This document shows positions 1-9,341 of a stretch of 53,822 nucleotides of DNA, piece by piece. The position numbers and the translations under genes are program-made. The notes beneath the pieces are model-generated. The model made no database searches. It was not told where the DNA came from and saw only the letters and a program-made list of their open reading frames with translations. This DNA is from a virus (taxonomy: Duplodnaviria; Caudoviricetes), in the IMG/VR virus record IMGVR_UViG_3300007522_000026, positions 1 through 53,822 of that record; one strand, given 5' to 3'. Within the stretch, counting starts at the first letter, position 1. Every line of letters starts with the position of its first letter.

Positions 1-60
1 AAAAACCTGATGCTATTAGTGAGAGTAGCAATGACAGTACACAAACAGAAAGAGTCAATT

Positions 61-177
61 ATGACCGATACTTATCAACCTATCATAACGAACTTGTCAG
101 GTGCCGATTTGCGAGGTGCCGATTTGACGAATACTAAACTGGCAGGTGCAAACTTAAATAAAGCACTACTAACATAG
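61..177 (+). CDS. Pentapeptide-repeat minigene (38 aa)
   Basis: Own translation: MTDTYQPIITNLSGADLRGADLTNTKLAGANLNKALLT*; A(D/N)Lxx repeats. The frame is open to the window edge, so the start could be further upstream. Confidence 0.6.
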   Translation: MTDTYQPIITNLSGADLRGADLTNTKLAGANLNKALLT

Positions 178-215
178 ACTAGGTTATACACAACACTAAC
201 AAACAAGGAGCAAAA

Positions 216-311
216 ATGATGAGCGATGAACATGTGAACTTCACCGGCGCTGATCTCAGCGACGCTATCTTTACCGGCACGAACTTGTCCGGCGTTGCAA
301 ACGGAGTATGA
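216..311 (+). CDS. Pentapeptide-repeat minigene (31 aa)
   Basis: MMSDEHVNFTGADLSDAIFTGTNLSGVANGV*; AAGGAG RBS; stop overlaps the next ATG (ATGA at 308-311); locally GC-rich. Confidence 0.6.
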   Translation: MMSDEHVNFTGADLSDAIFTGTNLSGVANGV

Positions 312-592
312 AAGCTATGACAACAATTATCAACGATCCTTTTGTGGGATTCGGATTTACTAATAATCCTAATCAATTAATTATGGATATTCAAGGTGAC
401 ACAGGTGGTCATGTTGAGGTAAGACTTAGCAGTCTTAAAGATATTCAAGATATTATAGTTTCTTTAGATTTTTGCTTAGGCATCCTAAGCGATCTACATG
501 ATGGCGTAGATTTCGATGAAGCAACAAACGCATTCAGTATCAAGCAGGATGTTGTTGAGCCACCATTAATTATCGACTTTCTAGAGGAGTAA
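308..592 (+). CDS. Hypothetical acidic protein
   Basis: 94-aa ORF coupled to the upstream minigene by an ATGA overlap. Confidence 0.6.
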   Translation: MKAMTTIINDPFVGFGFTNNPNQLIMDIQGDTGGHVEVRLSSLKDIQDIIVSLDFCLGILSDLHDGVDFDEATNAFSIKQDVVEPPLIIDFLEE

Positions 593-687
593 GATGTGGA
601 CACGCATCATCATCACAGAGTTAGAAACACATACATTCAACCTGTAATTTATATCCAAAGAATAATTATGTAACAAGGAGAATTTTA

Positions 688-2646
688 ATGATCCCGACAA
701 GTAAACCAAAAATCACATCCAACATAGACCAGCTAGAATCACAAGAGTTTAGTATGCTAGTAGGAGAAAAAGCATTCTCCATCCTAGTAGACAGCCTCTA
801 CACTGATAAGGTATTAGCAGCGGTACGAGAACTATGTACTAACGCTGTGGATGCACATCAGGTTGCAGGTAAGCAATCGGAGCCATTTAAGGTTACACTG
901 CCAACCTACTTAGACAACACGTTCTCGGTTCGTGACTATGGTTGTTCTATGGATCATTATACAATCATGAACTTATACAGCAAACTGTTCTGGTCGCCTA
1001 AAGACACAACTAATACACAAGTTGGTTATCTTGGGCTAGGTTCTAAAGCGCCGCTAGCTTACACTGATTCGTTCAGTGTGATCGCTTACCTTAGTGGGAT
1101 TAGGCGAGACTATCTTGTGGGTCTAAACCATGAGCGTATCCCAACTATTACTAAGGTAAATGAGGTGTCTACTTCTGAGCTTGATGGCTTAGAAGTATCA
1201 TTTCCTGTCAAGATGGGTGACTCGGACCTATTTGAGAGAGCAGCCGAGAAAGTGTTTCTTGGTATGGATGTTAAACCAGTATGCAATATTAAAATTTACT
1301 TGCCTGAGCCTAAACTAGAATTTGAGAACTGGAAAATTTACACAGGGGCTCATGGTAATAAGTTCTTCATCAAGCAGGGCTGCGTTCTGTACCCATTCAA
1401 CTTCACCAGTCGCCTCCTCAAGCATTACTCTAGCAATTCGATGGTTATTGAAGTTCCCATCGGCTCGGTTGAGGTTGCAACCTCACGAGAGGCATTATCT
1501 CTAGACGACCGGACTAGAACTTTCATCGAACAATTGACTAAAGAATTAAACTGCTCGGTAGAAAGATACCTTAACGAACAGCTTGCCGCTCAAAAGAATA
1601 CGATTGACGCAGCTATCTTCCTTTACGGTAAGATTCAACCAATATTCGACGAAACTTACACTAAGAATCTTGAGCTCAACTACAAGGGTAAGAAACTCGA
1701 AAGATACATCAAGTTCGATCTAACTATTCCAGTAGAATACTTGAGCAATGGTAAGAGTTGGTTAACCAAGACAACAGTTGCTATAGATGTAAATAATCTT
1801 TCTACGGCCAAGTTTGTGATTCAGAAAGCAGGACAGAAGGTATATCGACGCAAGGCTCGCATCAAGGCATACATGAAAGACCAGCATGGTCCTCAAGGTG
1901 CTCAAATATACTTCTTAGATGGACCTTCCAATAAGGATATTTCCCGTCTACTTAGGTTCTATATTCTACCTAAGAACATTATCCCTATCGAAAAGATCCC
2001 CGATATTGAGACTACAAGTAGCGGCAAAAAGTTAGTAGCTAAAACTGGTCCCTACATTTACATTAAGGATGGACACCAACTTGTTGACAATATGGAAAAT
2101 GAATTTGCGTGGGTTGATATTAACAGAAAGAATGGTGACTTCATTATTGATTATAGCAAGAACAGAATTACTTCATCAAAGGATTGGGGGGCATATACTT
2201 ACAAAGAATTTAACGAGCTGCTACATTATTTTGACATTACTGATAAGCCGATCTATCATCTTACTCCTAGTATGCAGAAAAAGTTTAAGGTTGATGATAG
2301 CAACAAGATTGACACAATCATTAAAGATTGGTTTGATGAGAACAGCCTAAACCTTAAAACTGCATACTTCCTTCATCATTTTGTGTGTGAGCCTATGTTC
2401 CAAAACATTATTGAGGAGAAAATTGCCCCTAAAGGTTATCGTGATTGGGCAGGTAATAAGTCTCTAAGATATATTTGCAGGGCAATCAAAAAGTTTAATG
2501 CTTCACAGGAATCAAAATGGCAGGTTGAGCTTGATAAAGAAATGGAGCTACTCAATAATAAGTATCCAATGATAGGACATTCATCACCTACGACAGAGCA
2601 AAAAATAAATTATGTTAAAATGATGGATGGTCAACAAAATGTATGA
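688..2646 (+). CDS. rIIA: rIIA-like protein (N-terminal GHKL/HATPase domain)
   Basis: AVRELCTNAVDAH, VRDYGCSM, GYLGLGSK and SREALSLD motifs; precedes the rIIB-like gene; AAGGAG RBS. Confidence 0.88.
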   Translation: MIPTSKPKITSNIDQLESQEFSMLVGEKAFSILVDSLYTDKVLAAVRELCTNAVDAHQVAGKQSEPFKVTLPTYLDNTFSVRDYGCSMDHYTIMNLYSKLFWSPKDTTNTQVGYLGLGSKAPLAYTDSFSVIAYLSGIRRDYLVGLNHERIPTITKVNEVSTSELDGLEVSFPVKMGDSDLFERAAEKVFLGMDVKPVCNIKIYLPEPKLEFENWKIYTGAHGNKFFIKQGCVLYPFNFTSRLLKHYSSNSMVIEVPIGSVEVATSREALSLDDRTRTFIEQLTKELNCSVERYLNEQLAAQKNTIDAAIFLYGKIQPIFDETYTKNLELNYKGKKLERYIKFDLTIPVEYLSNGKSWLTKTTVAIDVNNLSTAKFVIQKAGQKVYRRKARIKAYMKDQHGPQGAQIYFLDGPSNKDISRLLRFYILPKNIIPIEKIPDIETTSSGKKLVAKTGPYIYIKDGHQLVDNMENEFAWVDINRKNGDFIIDYSKNRITSSKDWGAYTYKEFNELLHYFDITDKPIYHLTPSMQKKFKVDDSNKIDTIIKDWFDENSLNLKTAYFLHHFVCEPMFQNIIEEKIAPKGYRDWAGNKSLRYICRAIKKFNASQESKWQVELDKEMELLNNKYPMIGHSSPTTEQKINYVKMMDGQQNV

Positions 2647-2776
2647 TATACTATCCGACGATAAATGGGATCAAGATATGTTAGAAGATGAAAGTCAAGA
2701 GCAACTGGCTTATGAAGAGCTGGACCGTAAAGTAATCACAGATAAAAACAACAATACAACAGAAAGCATCAAATAA
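2639..2776 (+). CDS. Small acidic protein (45 aa) between rIIA and rIIB
   Basis: Own translation: MYDILSDDKWDQDMLEDESQEQLAYEELDRKVITDKNNNTTESIK*; overlaps the rIIA stop and abuts the rIIB ATG. Confidence 0.5.
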   Translation: MYDILSDDKWDQDMLEDESQEQLAYEELDRKVITDKNNNTTESIK

Positions 2777-3892
2777 ATGAGCTATCCAATTATCCTTTCA
2801 GAAAACACGCTATCAGTAGTTATCGACAATAAAGTATATCAAGCAGATCGCAGCCACCCCGCATGGGAGGAAATTAAAGCTGCAATCAACGATGACTCAA
2901 CAACAAACGATGAGCTTATCGGCCTCATGTCCCCAGGAGAATATATCCGAAGCACCTTACAGGATTCTTCGACAACTTACATCGACATTCGTGGAGGTAT
3001 ACTATACTATGGTGATGAGCCAGTGCATTCTACACTTGGACTCAAGGTAATCGACATGATCCGAGAAGGATTCGAGATTGACCCGTGGGTCAGGTTTGCG
3101 GAAAATGTTTATGCTAATCCGTTCAAGCAATCACGAGACGAATTGTATACTTTCCTTGAGAAAGCCAACCTACCAATCACCGAAGATGGTTGCTTTATCG
3201 CATACAAGAAGGTCAACTCAGACTACAGGGATGTGTTCAGTAACAAGTTTGACAACTCTATTGGTCTAGTGCTAGAGATGCCACGAGAACTTGTAGACGA
3301 TGATCGCAATAGGACCTGTTCTTATGGTTTCCACTTCTGTTCAGAGAGTTATCTGAAAAACTTCGGTGGTAGTCATGTGATGCTCGTCAAAATCAATCCA
3401 CGAGATGTTGTATCTATTCCTAACGATTATGACTTCGCTAAGGGTCGCACCTGTAAGTATGAGGTCATCGGAGAGATTGAAGAGAATGTCATTGCAGACT
3501 ATACTTGGGATGCAGTGTATATGGACGTTGATGATTCTGAAGAATGGTTGGAAGATAATTCCGGCTGGGCTGTGGAATTATTATTTGATTATGAAGATGC
3601 ACTACAAGATATAGTAGAGCAGGTGCAGGGCGAAAAGAATCTCAACAATGAGAAAAATAAGAAAGGTAATTCAGACAATATGCTAACAAAACTAAAGAAG
3701 AGCGTTACAAGGGGTTCTAAGAAGAGCGTTACAATTAGCACAGAACGTCTAGGGACATTGTCACGAAAGCAATTCAAGGCAGCGGTGCGAGAGCATGGTA
3801 CAATGGCAAACTGGGCGAGAGAGCTTGGTGTGCCATCTTCCACTGTTCGTAACTGGCGAGCTGACCTCTGGGCAAGTGTTCCGGAAATCTGA
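2777..3892 (+). CDS. rIIB: rIIB-like protein with C-terminal HTH
   Basis: LPITEDGCFIAYKKV, MPRELVDDDRNRTCSYGFHFCS and KINPRDVVSIPNDY...KGRTCKYEVIGE; C-terminal WARELGVPSSTVRNW. Confidence 0.88.
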   Translation: MSYPIILSENTLSVVIDNKVYQADRSHPAWEEIKAAINDDSTTNDELIGLMSPGEYIRSTLQDSSTTYIDIRGGILYYGDEPVHSTLGLKVIDMIREGFEIDPWVRFAENVYANPFKQSRDELYTFLEKANLPITEDGCFIAYKKVNSDYRDVFSNKFDNSIGLVLEMPRELVDDDRNRTCSYGFHFCSESYLKNFGGSHVMLVKINPRDVVSIPNDYDFAKGRTCKYEVIGEIEENVIADYTWDAVYMDVDDSEEWLEDNSGWAVELLFDYEDALQDIVEQVQGEKNLNNEKNKKGNSDNMLTKLKKSVTRGSKKSVTISTERLGTLSRKQFKAAVREHGTMANWARELGVPSSTVRNWRADLWASVPEI

Positions 3893-3908
3893 TAGCTAGG
3901 TAGTGACA

Positions 3909-3945
3909 GGTTCAGGTGGGGGGGGTGGCAACCCTCACCTGAACT
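3909..3945 (+). terminator. Strong stem-loop after rIIB (terminator or processing/stability hairpin)
   Basis: GTTCAGGTGGGGG...CCCTCACCTGAAC, about 13 bp, contains a G8 run; no U-tract. Confidence 0.5.
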
Positions 3946-4095
3946 ATAACATGGATAAAGAGGATCGTGACTGTGTTCAACCCCGCTAAGCGTGACCGTG
4001 AGAAGGGCTTTGATGAGCGTGGCCTCACCGGCAACGAGGACCTGGAATATCAACGCACGATGCGACAAACACCAACCAACACCCAAGGGAGCAAA

Positions 4096-4341
4096 ATGAT
4101 GGATGAACCACAAAATTTTAGGGGGCAGGATCTACGCTGGCGGGATTTCAGCGGGCAGGATTTGCGCCACGCTGATCTCCGCGACGCGAATCTGCACGGC
4201 GCGAATCTCACCGGCGCTGACCTGCGCTGCGCGAACATCACCGAAGCGCACCTGCGTTGGGCGAGCCTGACCCGCGCGAACCTGACAGGAGCTGATCTCA
4301 CCGGGGTCATCGGATACCAACCACCAAAGGAGCAAAAATGA
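4096..4341 (+). CDS. Pentapeptide-repeat protein
   Basis: QDLRH ADLRD ANLHG ANLTG ADLRC ANITE...; GGAG RBS before ATG 4096 (the ORF also extends to GTG 3967); GC-rich. Confidence 0.8.
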   Translation: MMDEPQNFRGQDLRWRDFSGQDLRHADLRDANLHGANLTGADLRCANITEAHLRWASLTRANLTGADLTGVIGYQPPKEQK

Positions 4342-4423
4342 CTACCGACAAGGAGCAAAAATAAGCTATGAAGCAAAAAAGGCACGGAGAGAACGTAGAA
4401 CATTCAGAGTTAGATAACCGAAA

Positions 4424-4567
4424 GTGAAAGATGCTTTACAGAGTAAGATTGATGAGTTTCTCACACAGATCATGCACCAAACAATCATTGATACATCTAC
4501 AGTGATTAACTTCGCTTTAGATTTGCGAATAATCTTAGATCAAGATGAGAACTTAGTTACACAATAA
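4424..4567 (+). CDS. Small hypothetical protein (47 aa)
   Basis: GTG start, MKDALQSKIDEFLTQIMHQTIIDTSTVINFALDLRIILDQDENLVTQ*; abuts the next ATG. Confidence 0.5.
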   Translation: MKDALQSKIDEFLTQIMHQTIIDTSTVINFALDLRIILDQDENLVTQ

Positions 4568-4972
4568 ATGGCAGCTAAGAAGAAAGAAGTGATCAAACCT
4601 AAAAAAGTTTTCTTGCATGAGCCTAATAAAGAATGCCCGTACAAGATAATAGAATGTGGGATTAATCTTCTCTGTCTTATATGTGTTTATGATGTTCTTG
4701 TTAAACGCAAAGAATGGAATGCTGCTGATGAAATATATATTATTTGGCAATCTCTATTTGATAAACACAAAATTGAAAGAGCAGGCAACAATACCAAAAG
4801 ACTTCTTGTGGAAAGATTAAAATATTCAGCAGAAGAAAGCATCTTGCCAAGTAAGGGTCAATTCGTCATTATAAAGATGCTTGCAGAAAAGAATGGCATT
4901 GATATGCCGATTGTGCATACTAAATTAGAAGCGATTGAAATTATAAATCAACTCAAACAAGGGAATAAATAA
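4568..4972 (+). CDS. Hypothetical protein
   Basis: 134-aa ORF in a tightly packed operon. Confidence 0.7.
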   Translation: MAAKKKEVIKPKKVFLHEPNKECPYKIIECGINLLCLICVYDVLVKRKEWNAADEIYIIWQSLFDKHKIERAGNNTKRLLVERLKYSAEESILPSKGQFVIIKMLAEKNGIDMPIVHTKLEAIEIINQLKQGNK

Positions 4973-5344
4973 ATGTCAGCAGATTTGAAATACGAAGATA
5001 TGCTTAATTCGCAAGATGTTATAGATCGCATGGAAGAACTTCTTGAGGAGATTAACGAACTTTACGAGAACGGCGAAGAGGCTAACCCTGAAGTTCTTAA
5101 AGAGATGAGTGAGCTTGAGGGATTCGCAGAGTGTGCGAGTGAGGTAGATGATTGGGAGAGAGACGCTTACTTCATTCGTGATAGTTTCTTTACTGATTAC
5201 ACTAGAGAACTTGCTGAGGATTGTTACGATATTCCATCAGAGTGGCCATTCCGGTGCATCGACTGGGGTCAGGCTAGTAAGGAATTAAAATGTGATTATT
5301 CAGCATATGAATTTGGTGGCGTAACTTACTGGATTGCAGCTTAA
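4973..5344 (+). CDS. Acidic ArdA-like antirestriction/DNA-mimic protein
   Basis: Very Asp/Glu-rich; the C-terminus YTRELAEDCYDIP...CIDWGQASKELKCDY...GVTYW resembles the ArdA C-terminal region. Confidence 0.6.
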   Translation: MSADLKYEDMLNSQDVIDRMEELLEEINELYENGEEANPEVLKEMSELEGFAECASEVDDWERDAYFIRDSFFTDYTRELAEDCYDIPSEWPFRCIDWGQASKELKCDYSAYEFGGVTYWIAA

Positions 5345-5350
5345 GTAATT

Positions 5351-5482
5351 ATGGAAATCTTAATACTTGTAACTTTATTTTACTATATTATAAAAGCAAT
5401 TGATAATGTTTACTTACGTTTAGAGCAGAACAAAAGAGATGCTATTCTGGCTAATGCCAGATATGAGATGGAGAATAAATGA
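5351..5482 (+). CDS. Small membrane protein (43 aa)
   Basis: MEILILVTLFYYIIKAIDNVYLRLEQNKRDAILANARYEMENK*; ATGA overlap with the next gene. Confidence 0.55.
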   Translation: MEILILVTLFYYIIKAIDNVYLRLEQNKRDAILANARYEMENK

Positions 5483-6420
5483 CAACTTTTAGTACTTATG
5501 TTGATAAAATAAATGCTATGGATACGCCAATACTTGGTATGCTAGCTTGGTATACTGTACCAACATCAGCAGAAATTAAGCATAAACAATTCATACATCT
5601 TATTGACCAGTATAAAGCCCCTATTGACAGGATCAATATTCCTTCAGCAAATAACGTGTTCAGGAGAGCATGTAGTATTGCAACAATGAAGAAAAAAACT
5701 GGGCCTACAGATGATTCATCATGCAATTACACGATGCGTGACGCTGGTAATGAGCCAAGCTTTATCTTCAAGTGTCTAGTTGAGGAAACGGTGGATAGTA
5801 AGAATCATATTCTTGACCATAGAACCATAGCTGATGTGTCACTCGCAAAGGATACTGCTAAGATGAACTTCGAGTGTAAGATTAGTGATGATGATTTTGC
5901 TTGGGATTCATATAGTGAAGTTAAAGATACGCTTGAAAGCTTCATTAAAAGTAAAAGTTTAATCATGCATGACCTAGTAATTAGGGAGGCTGCTCGTAGA
6001 GCTGTAGAGTATAATCTTCTAGGTGTTAGAGTGCGTCAAGGTGGTGGCGTTTATTTTGTTGCTTTAGACAGGTGTAGGGAACTTGAGTCGATTAGCAATG
6101 TTATCAATTCGATTGGTGCCGCATCATTTGATATACTACCATTAGTTGATGACGATAAGCAGAGAGATATGTTAAGAGTATCCTTTGAGAGCGAGTCAGT
6201 TGGTGAGACTCAAGTACTTATCTCTGAGGCCCGTGAGCTACTCAAGTCTGATAAGATAACGGCCAAGAAGTTTATAGAGATGCAAACCAGATATGCTAAC
6301 CTGAAAGGTAAGATGGCAACGTATTCAGATATTCTTAATGATAATTTAGATAATTCTAAGGAAGCACTGAATATTGCAAGTTCACAGATCAACGCTCTGC
6401 TAGATAGGATGGAAGATTAA
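5479..6420 (+). CDS. DUF6744-like protein
   Basis: LGMLAWYTV...FRRACS and VRVRQGGGVYFV motifs, helical C-terminus; family recalled, not searched. Confidence 0.6.
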   Translation: MTTFSTYVDKINAMDTPILGMLAWYTVPTSAEIKHKQFIHLIDQYKAPIDRINIPSANNVFRRACSIATMKKKTGPTDDSSCNYTMRDAGNEPSFIFKCLVEETVDSKNHILDHRTIADVSLAKDTAKMNFECKISDDDFAWDSYSEVKDTLESFIKSKSLIMHDLVIREAARRAVEYNLLGVRVRQGGGVYFVALDRCRELESISNVINSIGAASFDILPLVDDDKQRDMLRVSFESESVGETQVLISEARELLKSDKITAKKFIEMQTRYANLKGKMATYSDILNDNLDNSKEALNIASSQINALLDRMED

Positions 6421-6421
6421 A

Positions 6422-6622
6422 TTGTCCAAAACTTTACACCGATGTAAATCAATTAAGGAATCAGATGAAGGGATCAGGATACAATGTGACCTGTGCAAAT
6501 GGGAGTCAGTTGCTACAGACATTAAATTTGTTCAAGATTTAGTTGACACACACTATCTGAGTATGAAACAATGGCCCTTTGTAGATTATATTCCACCCGA
6601 AGGATGGCCCGAACAACTATGA
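6422..6622 (+). CDS. Small putative Zn-binding protein
   Basis: CDLC...H; fills the gap between genes exactly. Confidence 0.55.
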   Translation: MSKTLHRCKSIKESDEGIRIQCDLCKWESVATDIKFVQDLVDTHYLSMKQWPFVDYIPPEGWPEQL

Positions 6623-7527
6623 GTACACTAGTAAACCCAGAAGATAGAAGTCTTAAGCCTCGTTCATGGGATGAGATGATTGGGCAAGATAAACTAAAAT
6701 CAAAGTTACAATTGATTAGTAATCATGCAGCAGTAAACAACGAAAGGTTAGAACCAACTTTGCTGATTGGCCCACCAGGAACAGGAAAATCATCTTTAGC
6801 TGCTCTGGTAGCTCAAGAAGCTGGTCTTAACTTCTTGGATCTTATGATTACGCCAGACTTTAAGATGGCTACAATCAATCGTGTTCTCATGGAGCATCAG
6901 GGATTGTTGTTCTTAGATGAGATTCAGAATATGCAAAAGAAAAGCCAGTATTATATCTATAATGTTCTTCAAGAGAATGAGATACGGCTTGACAACGGTA
7001 AGTGTATTCCTATTGAGAATCAAATCTCTATTGTTGCAGCAACTACCGATCCGCAGAAACTTAATGATGCTTTAGTAACTAGGTTTGACAAGCTACGATT
7101 CGGTGACTACAGTGAAGAAGAGCTTTCAAGGATTGTTGCTATGTTGGCTACACGACTTAAGCTGAAGCACACTAAAGGCCAGTGCGAGGCACTTGGAAGA
7201 GCATCAGCAGGTTCTCCTAGACAGGCCAGACAGCTTGTTAAGATGGCTAATAGATTAGGCAGTATGAGTACTGAAGATATCTTAGATATGTGTGAGATTA
7301 CAGCAGATGGATTAACGGAAGATCATATGGCATACTTGGAATCACTATACAAATTAGGAGGCACTTCGGGAGTTGAGAATCTTTCCAATCATTCATTACG
7401 ATCAAAGGATGAAATATTGAGTATTGAGAAGCTATTAGTTAAACGTGAGTTTGTTGAAATTGCTAAAAAGGGTAGAACACTAATGATGCCAGGTTTGAAG
7501 GCACTCAAGAATGAAAGAAGAATATAA
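6619..7527 (+). CDS. ruvB: RuvB-like AAA+ ATPase (branch-migration motor)
   Basis: LKPRSWDEMIGQ, Walker A GPPGTGKS, Walker B LFLDEI, AATT, LVTRF, GSPRQA, and a C-terminal winged helix ending KGR; start set at the ATGA overlap at 6619. Confidence 0.85.
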   Translation: MSTLVNPEDRSLKPRSWDEMIGQDKLKSKLQLISNHAAVNNERLEPTLLIGPPGTGKSSLAALVAQEAGLNFLDLMITPDFKMATINRVLMEHQGLLFLDEIQNMQKKSQYYIYNVLQENEIRLDNGKCIPIENQISIVAATTDPQKLNDALVTRFDKLRFGDYSEEELSRIVAMLATRLKLKHTKGQCEALGRASAGSPRQARQLVKMANRLGSMSTEDILDMCEITADGLTEDHMAYLESLYKLGGTSGVENLSNHSLRSKDEILSIEKLLVKREFVEIAKKGRTLMMPGLKALKNERRI

Positions 7528-7529
7528 TT

Positions 7530-8339
7530 ATGAGCAACCGAATGACAGTGCGAGCACAATCGTCAGATTTCACAATCCGTTTAGGATCAGCCACTACTAA
7601 TGGTCGTTTGATTCCTATCCGCAAATCAAGAGTTGAGCTATACGGTCCAGAAGCAAAGCTTTGCACACCAACACTCGGCCCAGTCGCTCAAGTGTATCGT
7701 GATAACGACGGTAACATCTGGAACAAAGAGGATCTTGAGCGTGGCTTTCAGCAGAAAGATGGTAGCTTTATTCCCATTAATGCTGATGAGCTTGCTCAGG
7801 CTAAAGAATCTCCTTTGCCTAAGAATGTTCTTAACCTGACAGCGCATCCTATTGAGGATGTTGAGCGTTGGCTGTTCCCTTCGGACAATAATGCCTATGT
7901 GTTTGACACTATGAAGAAAGAGAAGAAGGGTACACCCGTTAAGGAAGATCCTGTAAATGTGCAGTGGCATGACTTTATTCTGACTATCCTCACCGATGGT
8001 AATGTTGCTCTTATAGGTCAGTGCAACTTTCAAGGCAACGAGGGATTGTTTAGATTGCTTAACTATCAAGGTAACCTCGCAATCCAGCGGCAGCTTTATC
8101 CTGCTGAGTTAAATCAGTATGATGCCCGTACTCCTAGCCTTTCTGCTGCTGTTAAAAAGAAGGCTTTGTCTGTGGCTAAGAACATCACTCAAGAATTTGA
8201 TCCAGAGTCTTACCGTAATACCGCAGCAGAACGTATTGCCGCAGTTGAGTCTGGTGAATTCGGCACGGTTTCTTCACCTATTGACGATGATAGCATTGAG
8301 TTAGATATGCTTTCAGCTCTAGATAGCTTTGTTGCCTGA
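7530..8339 (+). CDS. ku: Ku-like DNA end-binding protein
   Basis: Ku landmarks: LERGFQQKDGSFIPINADEL, LYPAEL, EFDPESYRN, C-terminal LDMLSAL. Confidence 0.72.
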   Translation: MSNRMTVRAQSSDFTIRLGSATTNGRLIPIRKSRVELYGPEAKLCTPTLGPVAQVYRDNDGNIWNKEDLERGFQQKDGSFIPINADELAQAKESPLPKNVLNLTAHPIEDVERWLFPSDNNAYVFDTMKKEKKGTPVKEDPVNVQWHDFILTILTDGNVALIGQCNFQGNEGLFRLLNYQGNLAIQRQLYPAELNQYDARTPSLSAAVKKKALSVAKNITQEFDPESYRNTAAERIAAVESGEFGTVSSPIDDDSIELDMLSALDSFVA

Positions 8340-8530
8340 TGATTGACCACGAGAAAATCATCCGAGAGCAAGCGTTAGAACAAGCTATGATTGAGGAGGT
8401 TGAGAAACGTCAACGGGATAATGATTCCGTTGATCTTCTAGACCAAGATATAGTATTTGATAATTATGATGGCCTTATGCAATATGAATTAGGAGAAAGT
8501 TTCTCCATCGGTGCAACTAAGTTAGGTTAA
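8339..8530 (+). CDS. Small acidic hypothetical protein
   Basis: TGATG overlap with ku. Confidence 0.6.
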   Translation: MIDHEKIIREQALEQAMIEEVEKRQRDNDSVDLLDQDIVFDNYDGLMQYELGESFSIGATKLG

Positions 8531-8534
8531 CAAT

Positions 8535-8807
8535 ATGAACCACAAAGTAGATATGAATCATAATATTACTGGTAATGATATTACCATACATGCACTAAAT
8601 GTTGATTGGGGGCAGATGGCTAGATCTAAATTGATTCTTCTAGACTTTCTAGATAGCGAAACTCCTAAAGAATTTGCTAATGTTTCTAATAGCAATGATG
8701 GGCGAGACTTAATGGATGGTTTAGTAAACCTTATCGACTGCCTACAAGACCAAGCGGCAGATCAGATTGGTGAAGAAATTATCTTTGGAGGATTTAATTG
8801 TGAGTAA
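8535..8807 (+). CDS. Hypothetical protein
   Basis: 90-aa ORF in the operon. Confidence 0.65.
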   Translation: MNHKVDMNHNITGNDITIHALNVDWGQMARSKLILLDFLDSETPKEFANVSNSNDGRDLMDGLVNLIDCLQDQAADQIGEEIIFGGFNCE

Positions 8808-9150
8808 TTATCCAGATGGTATGAGAGAGTCAGATATCCCAGGATGGTGGGATACAGAAAGCGTTAAAGTTTGTGTCTCAGAAAAACAAGTACATGTTGT
8901 TCCTCTTTCATTGTTTGATTCATTGCAGGAACTATTAATGGAAGTATCAGCAATGAAAGATGCAGAATTTCCTGAAATAAGACCATACCTTAAAGATTTG
9001 TTCAATAGACTTCGAAGCTTATTATCAGAAATTACAATTGGAGGTGAGACTTTGGAATGTGCATTCGATGATGAGGTCATTGTCGATTCGGACGGCTGGG
9101 ATTGCCCGGTATGCGAAACACATTACGACCATCCAGAGTATGAGGGATAA
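8800..9150 (+). CDS. Hypothetical protein with C-terminal CPxC
   Basis: GGAGG RBS before GTG 8800; NYPDGM...WDCPVCETH. Confidence 0.65.
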   Translation: MSNYPDGMRESDIPGWWDTESVKVCVSEKQVHVVPLSLFDSLQELLMEVSAMKDAEFPEIRPYLKDLFNRLRSLLSEITIGGETLECAFDDEVIVDSDGWDCPVCETHYDHPEYEG

Positions 9151-9341
9151 TGGCAGTTAGAGTAAAATTTTCTGAGCGAGCTTTATTTCCTCTACTAGTT
9201 TCCGCTATCTCACGAACACATGATACAATTGATATGGAAAAACTTTGTGAGCGTATGCAAATGGAAGAGAAAGAAGTAGAAATTATTTTCCATAGGGCTA
9301 ATCTCATCTGGTCAAAATTTAAAGGAGACGAAGATGGATGA
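9150..9341 (+). CDS. Hypothetical protein
   Basis: TAATG overlap. Confidence 0.6.
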   Translation: MAVRVKFSERALFPLLVSAISRTHDTIDMEKLCERMQMEEKEVEIIFHRANLIWSKFKGDEDG

